A stretch of 32,000 nucleotides of DNA from Polynucleobacter necessarius (GTDB taxonomy: Bacteria > Pseudomonadota > Gammaproteobacteria > Burkholderiales > Burkholderiaceae): NCBI RefSeq assembly GCF_900095195.1, contig NZ_LT606950.1, forward strand, positions 120,001 through 152,000. Reading direction: 5' to 3'. Below the pieces are notes generated by a model. The model was given only the letters and a program-made list of their open reading frames with translations. It had not been told where the DNA came from and did not search any database. Below, in pieces: positions 9,698 to 19,323 of this stretch; position 1 is the stretch's first letter; every line of letters begins with the position of its first letter. A program made the translations under genes and the position numbers.

Positions 9698-11440
9698 ATG
9701 AAAGCATCACAATCCTTTCTCGCTACGCTAAAAGAAGCCCCCTCTGACGCTGAGGTGGTTTCGCACAAGTTCATGGTACGTGCGGGTTTAATTCGCAAGC
9801 TGAGTGCTGGCGTATACAACTATCTGCCATTGGGATTGAAGGTAATTCGCAAGGCAGAAAACATTATTCGCGAGGAGATGAATCGTGCTGGCGCAATCGA
9901 ATTATTGATGCCGATGATTCAGCCAGCTGAATTGTGGCAAGAGACAGGGCGTTGGGGAAAAATGGGTCCTGAGCTCCTTCGTATTAAAGATCGTCATGAT
10001 CGTGATTTTTTAATTCAACCAACATCTGAAGAAGTCATTACCGATTTAGCTCGTAATGAGATTAAAAGTTATAAGCAATTGCCCGTGAACTTCTATCAAA
10101 TCCAAACAAAGTTCCGGGATGAGCGTCGCCCACGTTTTGGCATCATGCGTGGTCGCGAGTTCAGCATGAAAGATGCTTACTCATTTGATCGAGATGCTGA
10201 AGGATTAAAAAAATCTTATCAAATCATGTTTGATGCCTATACCCGCATAATCAAGCGAATGGGTCTTCAGTTCCGTGCGGTGACTGCAGATAACGGGGCT
10301 ATTGGAGGCTCTTGTAGTCAAGAGTTTCACGTGATTGCCGATACTGGTGAAGACGCGATTGTGTATTGTCCAAACTCGGATTACGCCGCCAATCTAGAGG
10401 CAGCGGAATCTCTCTCTCTGATAGTCGCGCGAGCCACTGCAAGCCAGGCGATGGCTAAAGTGGCAACGCCAGATAAGACAAACTGTGCTGATGTGGCAAC
10501 GTTTTTGAATATCCCGCTTGAGAAAACCGTGAAGTCTTTACTCTTTGCGGTTGATCAAGAAGCGGGACCTGCAAAACTTTTTATGTTGCTAGTGCGTGGT
10601 GATCATGAGCTCAATGAAGTGAAAGCAAGCAAAGTCCCTGGCATGGCTGAGTCGCGTTTTGCTACGGAAGCGGAAATCAAGCAAGCATGTAATGCCCCAG
10701 CAGGTTACCTAGGGCCTGTTGGTGTGAGTAAAGGTGTCACAGTAGTTGCTGATCGAACCGTTGCCAATATGGCCGATTTTGTTTGTGGTGCAAACGATAT
10801 AGGCCACCATTTGACTGGTGTGAACTGGGGTCGTGACTTACCAGAACCTTTGGTATTGGATATTCGGAATGCAGTAGCGGGTGATCCTTCGCCCGATGGT
10901 AAAGGCGCAGTAGACATTTGTCGGGGTATTGAAGTGGGGCACGTATTCCAATTGGGAACTCGCTATTCCGAGGCAATGGGCTGCACTTATTTGGATCAAC
11001 AAGGTAAAGCACAACCCATGGTGATGGGTTGTTACGGAATTGGCGTCACTCGTTTGCTGGGTGCAGCTATTGAGCAAGGTCATGACGATAAGGGGATTAT
11101 TTGGCCTATCTCTATGGCGCCATTCGAGGTGGTCATTTGCCCAATGGGTTACGAAAAATCCGAGGCTGTCAGAGCCGCATGCGATCAACTACATGATGAA
11201 TTACTTGCGGCTGGTATTGATGTCATCTTGGATGACCGTAATGAGCGTCCAGGCGCGATGTTTGCTGACTGGGATTTGATTGGCGCGCCATTCCGAGTGG
11301 TGATCGGTGATCGTGGTTTGGCGGATGCGCAAGTGGAATTTAAGGGACGTACGGATACGGAATCACAAAATATTCCGCTAACTCAGATCAAAGAAAAGGT
11401 AATCGCCGCCATTCAGGCGGCGAAGAGTACCGCCAACTAA
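9698..11440 (+). CDS. proS: Prolyl-tRNA synthetase (bacterial type with INS editing domain)
   Basis: 580-aa intact ORF: [35 protein letters not shown]...[17 protein letters not shown]...[10 protein letters not shown]. Confidence 0.95.
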   Translation: MKASQSFLATLKEAPSDAEVVSHKFMVRAGLIRKLSAGVYNYLPLGLKVIRKAENIIREEMNRAGAIELLMPMIQPAELWQETGRWGKMGPELLRIKDRHDRDFLIQPTSEEVITDLARNEIKSYKQLPVNFYQIQTKFRDERRPRFGIMRGREFSMKDAYSFDRDAEGLKKSYQIMFDAYTRIIKRMGLQFRAVTADNGAIGGSCSQEFHVIADTGEDAIVYCPNSDYAANLEAAESLSLIVARATASQAMAKVATPDKTNCADVATFLNIPLEKTVKSLLFAVDQEAGPAKLFMLLVRGDHELNEVKASKVPGMAESRFATEAEIKQACNAPAGYLGPVGVSKGVTVVADRTVANMADFVCGANDIGHHLTGVNWGRDLPEPLVLDIRNAVAGDPSPDGKGAVDICRGIEVGHVFQLGTRYSEAMGCTYLDQQGKAQPMVMGCYGIGVTRLLGAAIEQGHDDKGIIWPISMAPFEVVICPMGYEKSEAVRAACDQLHDELLAAGIDVILDDRNERPGAMFADWDLIGAPFRVVIGDRGLADAQVEFKGRTDTESQNIPLTQIKEKVIAAIQAAKSTAN

Positions 11441-11472
11441 CTTTTATAGAAGTAAGTAAAAATCAATAAGGT

Positions 11473-12852
11473 TTATTTTTTAAAGAGTCCGCCAATGCCT
11501 TTGGCGGCTCCCTTAGCGGCCATCGCTGCCATAGTGCGGGCCATCTTGCCGCCTTTAAATTGCTTCATCATTGTTTGCATTTGTTCAAATTGAGCAAGCA
11601 GACGATTGACTTCTTGTACCTCTACTCCAGAACCTGCCGCAATACGACGCTTACGACTAGCTTTGAGTAACTCGGGCTTTCTGCGTTCTTGAGGCGTCAT
11701 GCTATCGATGATTCCCCGCATCCGTTTTGTTTGCTTATCAGCGTTGCTGAGGTTTGCTTTGGATGCTGCTTGAGCAACTTGACTAGGGAGCTTGTCCATC
11801 AAGCTAGCCATACCACCCATCTTTTGCATCTGCATTAATTGATCTCGAAAATCTTCTAGATCAAATCCGCCCTTAGAAATCTTATTGGCTAATTTTTCTG
11901 CTTGAGCGACATCAACGTGCTGTTGCGCTTGCTCAACTAAAGCAAGAATATCGCCCATGCCCAGAATGCGGTTTGCCATGCGCTCGGCATCAAAGGTTTC
12001 TAAGCCATCCATTTTTTCGGCGACGCCAATAAATTTCAGCGGCACTCCGGTGACTTGACGTACCGATAGTGCGGCACCACCGCGAGAGTCGCCATCTAGC
12101 TTAGTGAGGATTACTCCAGTGAGCGGTAGCGCTTCATGAAACGCTTTAGCAGTGTTGACGGCGTCTTGACCCAACATGGCGTCAACTACAAATAACGTCT
12201 CAATAGGATTGAGGTTGGCATGCAAAGATTTGATTTCCTGCATGAGTGTTTCATCGACGCCTAAGCGACCAGCCGTATCCACAATCACGACATCAACGTA
12301 ATGGCGGCGTGCCCAATCTAAGGCAGCACTCGCGATATCGACGGGTTTTTGATCGACGTTACTAAGAAAGAATTCAGCACCTACTTGCTTAGTTACTGTT
12401 TCTAGCTGCTCGATAGCAGCAGGGCGGTATACGTCACACGAAACGGTGAGAACCTTTTTTTTCTTTTTCTCTTGCAGCCATTTGGCTAATTTGCCAACAG
12501 AAGTGGTTTTACCAGCACCTTGTAGGCCCGCCATCAAAATCACGGCAGGAGGTTGGGTTGCTAAATTCAGTTCCCCGCTCTGGGATTCACCCTGCATGAT
12601 GGCGGCGAGCTCACGTTGGACGACCCCAACGAGTGCCTGCCCAGGACTAAGGCTGCCGACAACCTCTTCACCAAGTGCTTTAAATTTAATTTGCTCTAGC
12701 AAAGACTTCACAACAGGTAGCGCAACGTCAGCCCCGAGTAAGGCTAAGCGGATCTCCCGTAACATTTCCGCTGTATTGGCTTCTGTTAGGCGAGCCTGAC
12801 CCTGCATTGTTTTCACAACGCGCGATAGGCGGTCGGTGAGGTTCTCAAGCAT
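11473..12852 (-). CDS. ffh: Signal recognition particle protein Ffh
   Basis: MLENLTDRLSRVVKTMQGQARLTE..., the GLQGAGKTT P-loop, DTAGR, TKLDGD, and a Met-rich M domain (QMQKMGGMASLMDKLP). Confidence 0.95.
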   Translation of the reverse strand: MLENLTDRLSRVVKTMQGQARLTEANTAEMLREIRLALLGADVALPVVKSLLEQIKFKALGEEVVGSLSPGQALVGVVQRELAAIMQGESQSGELNLATQPPAVILMAGLQGAGKTTSVGKLAKWLQEKKKKKVLTVSCDVYRPAAIEQLETVTKQVGAEFFLSNVDQKPVDIASAALDWARRHYVDVVIVDTAGRLGVDETLMQEIKSLHANLNPIETLFVVDAMLGQDAVNTAKAFHEALPLTGVILTKLDGDSRGGAALSVRQVTGVPLKFIGVAEKMDGLETFDAERMANRILGMGDILALVEQAQQHVDVAQAEKLANKISKGGFDLEDFRDQLMQMQKMGGMASLMDKLPSQVAQAASKANLSNADKQTKRMRGIIDSMTPQERRKPELLKASRKRRIAAGSGVEVQEVNRLLAQFEQMQTMMKQFKGGKMARTMAAMAAKGAAKGIGGLFKK

Positions 12853-12872
12853 TTATCGATTAGACTTTGTAG

Positions 12873-13721
12873 ATGGATATTTTAGGTCACTCAGCTTCTG
12901 GATTATTCCCCGCAGCAATTTACCTATTGCTTTTGGCATTTTTGAGCCTAAAGTCAAAGGATGGCGTAGGGTCTGCTGCTTCGGTGGGGCTTGTACAAGC
13001 CTACATTTTGTTTGCCTTATTGGCTCATGGTGTTCAATTACATGACTCTGTCTTTACAGCGCAGGGGTTTGTGTTTGGATTTGCCCAGGATTTATCGCTA
13101 ATTGCTTGGGTCGGCTTGGCCTCTTATTGGTTTCAGTCTTGGTTTTTGCCGATCTCCAGCTTACGCTGGCTGGCAGTTTTATTTGCATTAGTTTGCTCGC
13201 TACTACCAAGTCTTTTTCCAGGAACCCTGATTTCGCCCAAAGCGGTTTCTGACCCATGGTTTAAGGGCCACTTCATTGTGGCAACCATCTCTGTTGGCTT
13301 ACTGAGTTTGGCTGCTATGCATGCCATGCTAATGAGCATTCAAGATCGGGCGCTCCATCGTCAACTCGCCATCGTTCCAGATAGTCGTGTCGCTCATTGG
13401 TTGGAAGATCTTCCGCCGCTGATGACGATGGAGAGTCTTTTATTTAATTTTCTTTACGTTGGATTTACGTTGCTCAGTTTGACGGTGTTTTCAGGTTTAC
13501 TGTTCTCCCAAACGTTTTTTGGAAGACCATTAGTATTCGATCACAAAACTATTTTTGCTTTAGTTTCGTGGGTGTTATTTGGCGGTCTATTGTTAGCACG
13601 TTGGCGTGTTGGCCTCAGAGGTAAAGCAGCAATACGCTGGGTATTAAGCGCTTACAGCGCTCTGCTGTTGGCATATGTTGGTAGCCGTTTTGTTTTAGAA
13701 GTCATTCTTCAGAGAGCATAA
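12873..13721 (+). CDS. Cytochrome c assembly family / YpjD-like inner-membrane protein
   Basis: 282-aa polytopic membrane ORF, divergent from ffh. This is the same arrangement as E. coli ffh<>ypjD. Confidence 0.7.
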   Translation: MDILGHSASGLFPAAIYLLLLAFLSLKSKDGVGSAASVGLVQAYILFALLAHGVQLHDSVFTAQGFVFGFAQDLSLIAWVGLASYWFQSWFLPISSLRWLAVLFALVCSLLPSLFPGTLISPKAVSDPWFKGHFIVATISVGLLSLAAMHAMLMSIQDRALHRQLAIVPDSRVAHWLEDLPPLMTMESLLFNFLYVGFTLLSLTVFSGLLFSQTFFGRPLVFDHKTIFALVSWVLFGGLLLARWRVGLRGKAAIRWVLSAYSALLLAYVGSRFVLEVILQRA

Positions 13722-13724
13722 GAC

Positions 13725-14543
13725 TTGGCTCGGTGGCTTTTTTTAATCGCCGGTGTATACCTACTTTATCGTTGGATAAAAGGTAAAAATTCTACTAAAC
13801 TCAATCGAGAGGATGCTCTGAAGTCCATGTCAGATAAGGCTCCAGAGATTCTCGAGCCAGAAGTCATGGTGCCTTGTCAGTATTGCAACGTACACCTTCC
13901 GCAATCGACTGCAATCACTTTTGAACAGCGTTTTTATTGTTGTGAAGAGCATCTTCATGAGCTCGATATCGCGGGATGGATTGGTTTTGCAAATTGGCGA
14001 CCCTCACCAAATTACGATGTGAGACCAGAAAATATTCAACCGGATTTAGTGGTCATACATCACATCAGTTTGCCGCCAAGTGAATTCAAAAACAAACACT
14101 CTAGCCATTACATTGTGGATTTTTTTCAGAACAAATTAGATCCAAATGTTCATCCGTATTTCGCTGAAATCGCAGGACAAAAAGTTTCGAGCCATTTTTT
14201 GATCACGCGTTCGGGGGAGTTGATTCAATTTGTATCCACTTTGAATAAAGCTTGGCATGCTGGCGTATCTTCTTTTTTGGGTAGAGAAAAGTGCAATGAT
14301 TTTTCGATTGGCATCGAGTTTGAAGGCGATGGCGAGTCTGCTTTTGAGGATGCCCAGTACAAAACCTTGACTGCGTTAGTGAAAAGATTGTCTGCCAGTT
14401 ATCCCAATCTTCAATTTGCTGGGCACAGCGATATTGCTCCTGACAGAAAAACCGATCCCGGACCTTTTTTTGATTGGCAAAAGCTCAAAAAAGAGACAGA
14501 AATTTCTCCAAAAAATCTCCCTTATGGGGTGACTTTTCGTTAG
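13725..14543 (+). CDS. ampD: 1,6-anhydro-N-acetylmuramyl-L-alanine amidase AmpD fused to an N-terminal membrane-anchor plus Cys-motif (PP0621-like) module
   Basis: Residues from about 85 to the end align with E. coli AmpD from memory (PSPNYDVRPE...LVVIHHISLPP..F...HPYFAEIAGQKVSSHFLITR.GE..QFV....AWHAGVS.F.GRE.CNDFSIGIE.EG......DAQY..L......L...YP......GHSDIAPDRKTDPGP.FDW). Residues 1-80 form a hydrophobic helix (WLFLIAGVYLLYRWI) followed by CQYCNVHLP...FYCCEEHLHE. The start is TTG, 3 nt after the upstream stop. Confidence 0.8.
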   Translation: MARWLFLIAGVYLLYRWIKGKNSTKLNREDALKSMSDKAPEILEPEVMVPCQYCNVHLPQSTAITFEQRFYCCEEHLHELDIAGWIGFANWRPSPNYDVRPENIQPDLVVIHHISLPPSEFKNKHSSHYIVDFFQNKLDPNVHPYFAEIAGQKVSSHFLITRSGELIQFVSTLNKAWHAGVSSFLGREKCNDFSIGIEFEGDGESAFEDAQYKTLTALVKRLSASYPNLQFAGHSDIAPDRKTDPGPFFDWQKLKKETEISPKNLPYGVTFR

Positions 14544-14556
14544 TTGATTTTTGTAT

Positions 14557-14579
14557 GTGAGCATACGCTTACTTTTTTT
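14557..14579 (+). terminator. Weak candidate intrinsic terminator after ampD
   Basis: GTGAGC-atac-GCTTAC is a 6-bp stem with one G:T pair, followed by TTTTTTT. Confidence 0.35.
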
Positions 14580-14697
14580 AGCCTTTGCCTAAAAAGGGCT
14601 AAAAATCGTGCACCAAAACACCTCTCAAAATTGTCGATCTCTTAGTAAAAATACTGATAAGTTTTCGTCATAAAAATCTTACCAATTACCAAATATT

Positions 14698-14713
14698 TCC
14701 CTATACTTAGTGC
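14698..14713. promoter_or_regulatory. Candidate NrdR box 1 (degenerate)
   Basis: TCCCTATACTTAGTGC matches 11 of 16 positions of the NrdR palindrome acaCwAtATaTwGtgt. Its centre lies 31 bp from the centre of box 2. Confidence 0.4.
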
Positions 14714-14728
14714 CTAACGCGCTTCGAG

Positions 14729-14744
14729 ACACTAGATGTAGTGT
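14729..14744. promoter_or_regulatory. Candidate NrdR box 2
   Basis: ACACTAGATGTAGTGT matches 14 of 16 positions of the NrdR consensus, with perfect ACACTA/TAGTGT inverted arms. It lies 74 nt upstream of the nrdA ATG. Confidence 0.6.
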
Positions 14745-14817
14745 TTGAATCTAGCAATAGCCCATTGTTTTTTAACGATATTTTGTCCAAATAACTATAT
14801 AAATACGCAGGAGTAAC

Positions 14818-17781
14818 ATGACATACGCAAATCCACAGACAGCAGGCCAAACACCTGGAGTAAATAACCCAGGAATGAGTCCTGCAGGGGCAATTAATCA
14901 GACCCCTTCTGCCAGTTTTGTTGCTGGTGGTGTTGGTGGCGCTCAGGCAACCCAATTATCAGATTACAAAATCATTCGTCGTAATGGTTCTGTTGTGGCG
15001 TTTGAGCCATCCAAAATCGCTATTGCAGTAACCAAAGCATTTTTGGCGGTGAATGGTGGTCAAGGTGCGGCATCAGCTCGAGTGCGCGAACAAGTTGAAC
15101 AGCTGACGCATTCCGTGGTGCGCGCATTGTTGCGTAGCCGTCCGAATGGCGGTACTTTTCATATCGAAGATATTCAAGACCAAGTCGAATTGGTATTGAT
15201 GCGTAGTGGTGAGCATAATGTTGCTCGCGCGTATGTCCTCTACCGTGAGAAGCGTAATCAAGAGCGTGCTGCTCAACAGGAAGTAAGCCAGGAAACACAA
15301 GCGGCTGCACAGGCTGGCGAGTCTGGAATCAAAGTCACCGACAACGGCGTTGAGAGGTATCTCGACATGGCTGCGTTGCGCACAGTTATTGAAGCTGCTT
15401 GCGAAGGTCTAGGCAATCACATTGATGCTACACCGATCATCACTGAGACCATTAAGAATTTATACGATGGCGTGCCAATGGCGCAGGTTTATGACTCTGC
15501 GATTTTGGCTTCACGTACATTAATTGAAAGAGATCCTGCATACAGCCAGGTTACTGCACGCATTTTGATGCATGTTATTCGCAAGGAAATCTTTGGCAGA
15601 GAGGTGTCTCAGGCTGATTCCCAAGCTGAATACAGCACCTATTTTGCAAAGTACATCAATGAAGGCATTTCAGCGGAATTGTTAGATCCACGGATGCGCG
15701 AATTTGATCTGCCACGCTTGGCTGCCGCATTAAACGCCAATCGTGATTTGCAGTTCAACTACCTCGGCTTGCAGACTCTCTATGACCGCTACTTCTTGCA
15801 TATTGAAGATCGCCGCATTGAGATGCCGCAGGCATTCTTTATGCGTGTAGCGATGGGCTTGGCAATAAATGAATTGGACCGCGAGCGTCGCGCTATCGAG
15901 TTCTATGAAATCTTGTCGACTTTTGATTTCATGTCCAGCACGCCAACCTTGTTCAATTCAGCAACAACTCGTCCGCAGCTCTCAAGCTGCTACTTGACGA
16001 CTGTTGAAGATGATCTGGATGGCATTTATGAGGCATTGAAAGAGAATGCATTGCTATCTAAATTTGCTGGTGGCTTGGGTAATGACTGGACCAATGTTCG
16101 TGCATTAGGTAGTCATATCAAAGGCACCAACGGTAAATCACAGGGTGTTGTGCCATTCCTCAAGGTAGTAAATGACACAGCGGTTGCTGTAAATCAAGGT
16201 GGCAAGCGTAAGGGCGCGGTTTGTGCTTACCTAGAGACATGGCACTTGGATATTGAAGAGTTCTTGGAATTGTGCAAGAACACAGGCGATGACCGTCGCC
16301 GTACTCATGATATGAATACGTCCAACTGGATTCCGGACTTGTTCATGAAGCGTGTTATGGAAAACGGTGAGTGGACATTGTTCTCCCCATCCAATACACC
16401 TGATTTGCATGACAAGTTTGGTAAGGCATTTGAAGAGGCTTATATTGCCTATGAGCAAAAAGCCGATCGTGGCGAATTGAAGCCATTCCGTAGAATTCCA
16501 GCGCAACAATTGTGGCGCAAGATGTTGGGCATGTTGTTTGAAACTGGCCACCCTTGGATTACTTTTAAGGATCCTTGCAACGTTCGTAGCCCACAACAGC
16601 ATATTGGTGTGGTTCACTCCTCTAACCTCTGCACCGAGATCACCCTCAATACCAATGAGGACGAGATTGCAGTTTGTAACTTGGGCTCTGTGAACTTAAC
16701 CGCTCACATGACTACCGATGCAAACGGTAAGCTGGTTCTTGACCATGAGAAACTCCAAAAAACCGTGCGTACTGCAATGCGGATGCTCGATAACGTGATT
16801 GATATCAACTACTACGCAGTAGCTAAAGCACGCAATTCCAACCTCAAGCACCGTCCAGTGGGTATGGGCATCATGGGCTTCCAAGGTTGCTTGCACATGC
16901 AGCGCATCCCTTACGCTAGTGAAGAGGCTGTGAAGTTTGCGGATACCTCGATGGAAGCAATTTGCTACTACGCATACCAAGCTTCTAGCGAATTGGCTGA
17001 AGAACGTGGCGTTTACAGCACTTACAAAGGGTCGCTATGGGATCGCGGCATCCTGCCACAAGATACTGTAGCGATGTTGGCTGCAGAGCGTGGTAGTTAT
17101 GTTGAAGTTGATACCTCTTCAACCATGGATTGGACCAGCTTGCGTGCTCGCATCAAGCAGCACGGTATGCGCAACTCCAATTGCGTGGCAATTGCGCCTA
17201 CAGCAACGATTTCCAACATCATTGGTGTATCCGCTTGCATCGAGCCAACCTTCCAGAACTTATTCGTGAAATCCAATCTTTCTGGTGAATTCACAGTGGT
17301 GAATGAGTATTTGGTGCGTGATTTGAAAGATCGCGGCCTCTGGGATGAGGTGATGATTGCTGATTTGAAGTACTTTGATGGCACTTTGTCTAAGATCGAC
17401 CGTATTCCTCAAGACCTCCGCGATTTATACGCAACGGCTTTTGAAGTTGAGCCTAGCTGGTTGGTGGAAGCGGCTTCCCGTCGTCAAAAATGGATTGATC
17501 AGGCCCAGTCATTAAATATCTATATGGCTGGTGCATCGGGTAAGAAATTGGACAATACCTACAAGTTAGCTTGGTTGCGTGGCCTCAAAACCACCTACTA
17601 CCTCCGCACGATGGCAGCAACCCACGTTGAGAAATCAACTGTTGCCAGCGGTCAATTGAACTCCGTATCGAGCGGCGCTGATGGAGGTGGAGTATCTGCG
17701 ACTCTAGTTGAAGCGGATGGTCCAGTTTGCACCATGCGTCCAGGCGATCCTGGTTTTGAAGAATGCGAAGCATGCCAATAA
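14818..17781 (+). CDS. nrdA: Class Ia ribonucleoside-diphosphate reductase alpha subunit
   Basis: 987-aa intact ORF with an ATP-cone (KIIRRNGSVVAFEPSKI), the catalytic region SSNLCTEI, and a C-terminal CxxC tail (ECEACQ). Confidence 0.95.
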   Translation: MTYANPQTAGQTPGVNNPGMSPAGAINQTPSASFVAGGVGGAQATQLSDYKIIRRNGSVVAFEPSKIAIAVTKAFLAVNGGQGAASARVREQVEQLTHSVVRALLRSRPNGGTFHIEDIQDQVELVLMRSGEHNVARAYVLYREKRNQERAAQQEVSQETQAAAQAGESGIKVTDNGVERYLDMAALRTVIEAACEGLGNHIDATPIITETIKNLYDGVPMAQVYDSAILASRTLIERDPAYSQVTARILMHVIRKEIFGREVSQADSQAEYSTYFAKYINEGISAELLDPRMREFDLPRLAAALNANRDLQFNYLGLQTLYDRYFLHIEDRRIEMPQAFFMRVAMGLAINELDRERRAIEFYEILSTFDFMSSTPTLFNSATTRPQLSSCYLTTVEDDLDGIYEALKENALLSKFAGGLGNDWTNVRALGSHIKGTNGKSQGVVPFLKVVNDTAVAVNQGGKRKGAVCAYLETWHLDIEEFLELCKNTGDDRRRTHDMNTSNWIPDLFMKRVMENGEWTLFSPSNTPDLHDKFGKAFEEAYIAYEQKADRGELKPFRRIPAQQLWRKMLGMLFETGHPWITFKDPCNVRSPQQHIGVVHSSNLCTEITLNTNEDEIAVCNLGSVNLTAHMTTDANGKLVLDHEKLQKTVRTAMRMLDNVIDINYYAVAKARNSNLKHRPVGMGIMGFQGCLHMQRIPYASEEAVKFADTSMEAICYYAYQASSELAEERGVYSTYKGSLWDRGILPQDTVAMLAAERGSYVEVDTSSTMDWTSLRARIKQHGMRNSNCVAIAPTATISNIIGVSACIEPTFQNLFVKSNLSGEFTVVNEYLVRDLKDRGLWDEVMIADLKYFDGTLSKIDRIPQDLRDLYATAFEVEPSWLVEAASRRQKWIDQAQSLNIYMAGASGKKLDNTYKLAWLRGLKTTYYLRTMAATHVEKSTVASGQLNSVSSGADGGGVSATLVEADGPVCTMRPGDPGFEECEACQ

Positions 17782-17824
17782 GTAATCTAATTGGTCAAAA
17801 AATAAAAGAATTTAGGAGAAAGTT

Positions 17825-19018
17825 ATGTTGAATTGGGAAGAGGAAGTTGCTCCAGCGCTAGCGAAAGCTGGGCTTGCGCCACAACCGGTTGCGGTTGAGC
17901 CACAACGCCCGCAGCCAGACCAAGTAGCGATGGCAGCACCTCAAGCCGCTGCGCCAGCAGTGGCGCAAACACCAAGCATACCAGTTGCTGGTATGGGAAC
18001 CCGTCGTGTGAATGTTGCGGACAAGCGGGTGATTAATGCTAAGACCGACGTTAATCAGTTGGTTCCATTCAAATACAAATGGGCGTGGGAAAAGTATTTA
18101 GCAGGTTGCGCCAACCACTGGATGCCGCAAGAGATCAATATGAACCGCGATATCGCGCTTTGGAAGGATCCAAACGGCCTTACTGAAGACGAGCGTCGCA
18201 TCATCAAACGCAATTTGGGCTTCTTTACCACTGCCGATTCTTTGGCGGCAAACAATATTGTGTTGGGTACATATCGTCAAATCACTGCTCCAGAGTGCCG
18301 CCAATACCTATTGCGCCAAGCTTTTGAGGAGGCAATTCATACCCACGCGTATCAATATATTGTGGAATCCTTAGGCCTGGATCAAGGTGAAATCTTCAAT
18401 GCGTATCACGAGATTGAGTCGATTCGCGCCAAAGATGAGTTCTTAATTCCGTTTATTGATGTCTTAACTGACCCAACATTTAAGACTGGCACCCTAGAAA
18501 ACGACCAAAAACTCCTGCGTTCGTTGATTGTTTTTGCCTGCGTAATGGAAGGTTTGTTCTTTTATGTTGGTTTTACGCAAATACTTGCGATGGGTCACCA
18601 AAACAAAATGACGGGTGCTGCCGAGCAGTATCAATACATCCTTCGCGACGAGTCCATGCACTGCAATTTTGGTATCGATTTGATTAACCAAATCAAGCTG
18701 GAGAACCCGCAGTTATGGACTTCCGCGTTCAAAGACGAGATTAAATCGATCTTCGAAAAAGCGGTTGAATTGGAGTACCGTTATGCCGAAGATACGATGC
18801 CTCGCGGAGTGCTCGGCTTGAATGCGCCGATGTTCAAAGGTTACCTAAGATACATTTGTAATCGCAGATGTTTGCAAATAGGACTTGACGCGATGTTCCC
18901 AAATGAAGAGAATCCATTTCCATGGATGTCAGAAATGATTGATCTTAAGAAAGAACGCAACTTTTTTGAGACACGCGTTATTGAGTATCAAACTGGCGGT
19001 GCGCTAAATTGGGAGTAG
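17825..19018 (+). CDS. nrdB: Class Ia ribonucleotide reductase beta subunit
   Basis: 397-aa ORF with di-iron/tyrosyl motifs ([34 protein letters not shown]). AGGAGA lies upstream of the ATG. Confidence 0.95.
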   Translation: MLNWEEEVAPALAKAGLAPQPVAVEPQRPQPDQVAMAAPQAAAPAVAQTPSIPVAGMGTRRVNVADKRVINAKTDVNQLVPFKYKWAWEKYLAGCANHWMPQEINMNRDIALWKDPNGLTEDERRIIKRNLGFFTTADSLAANNIVLGTYRQITAPECRQYLLRQAFEEAIHTHAYQYIVESLGLDQGEIFNAYHEIESIRAKDEFLIPFIDVLTDPTFKTGTLENDQKLLRSLIVFACVMEGLFFYVGFTQILAMGHQNKMTGAAEQYQYILRDESMHCNFGIDLINQIKLENPQLWTSAFKDEIKSIFEKAVELEYRYAEDTMPRGVLGLNAPMFKGYLRYICNRRCLQIGLDAMFPNEENPFPWMSEMIDLKKERNFFETRVIEYQTGGALNWE

Positions 19019-19163
19019 TTGGTAGTAAGTAAGCGCACAGCCGGCTAAATAGGAGATTAGACGGTTGGATAGTATTAGAAGTCAGCAAAAACAGACTCAA
19101 ATCCGAAAACCCTTGCTCAAGGGTGTCTGGGCTACTCTCTCTATTTTTTCCAGCACATTTAAG

Positions 19164-19196
19164 AAGCCGTTGTCCTTCGGGGCCGCGGCTTTTTTC
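19164..19196 (+). terminator. Intrinsic terminator with C(UUCG)G tetraloop, 146 nt downstream of the nrdB stop
   Basis: AAGCCG-tt-GTCC-TTCG-GGGC-cg-CGGCTT followed by TTTT. Confidence 0.7.
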
Positions 19197-19323
19197 CAGG
19201 ATTCATTAGCGTGCAGCACTTAGCATCAAGCCGCGCGCCGATGAATGGCTCGCTCGTTCATCCTGAATGGTCGGGTCTTCTTAATGTAGTTTGTACTAAT
19301 CCTCACGTGAAGGAGTAACACAC

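Noticed and set aside
12446-12799. Antisense ORFs inside long genes, for example 12446-12799 opposite ffh, 6483-6845 opposite obg, 16231-16617 opposite nrdA, and 10838-11188 opposite proS
   Set aside because: All lie opposite strongly supported conserved genes and their products have no recognisable features. They are best explained as codon-bias shadows.
19019-19323. A decayed yfaE-like ferredoxin gene downstream of nrdB
   Set aside because: Stops are frequent in all three forward frames, and no Cys-rich 2Fe-2S-like peptide can be read. Nothing supports a protein-coding origin.
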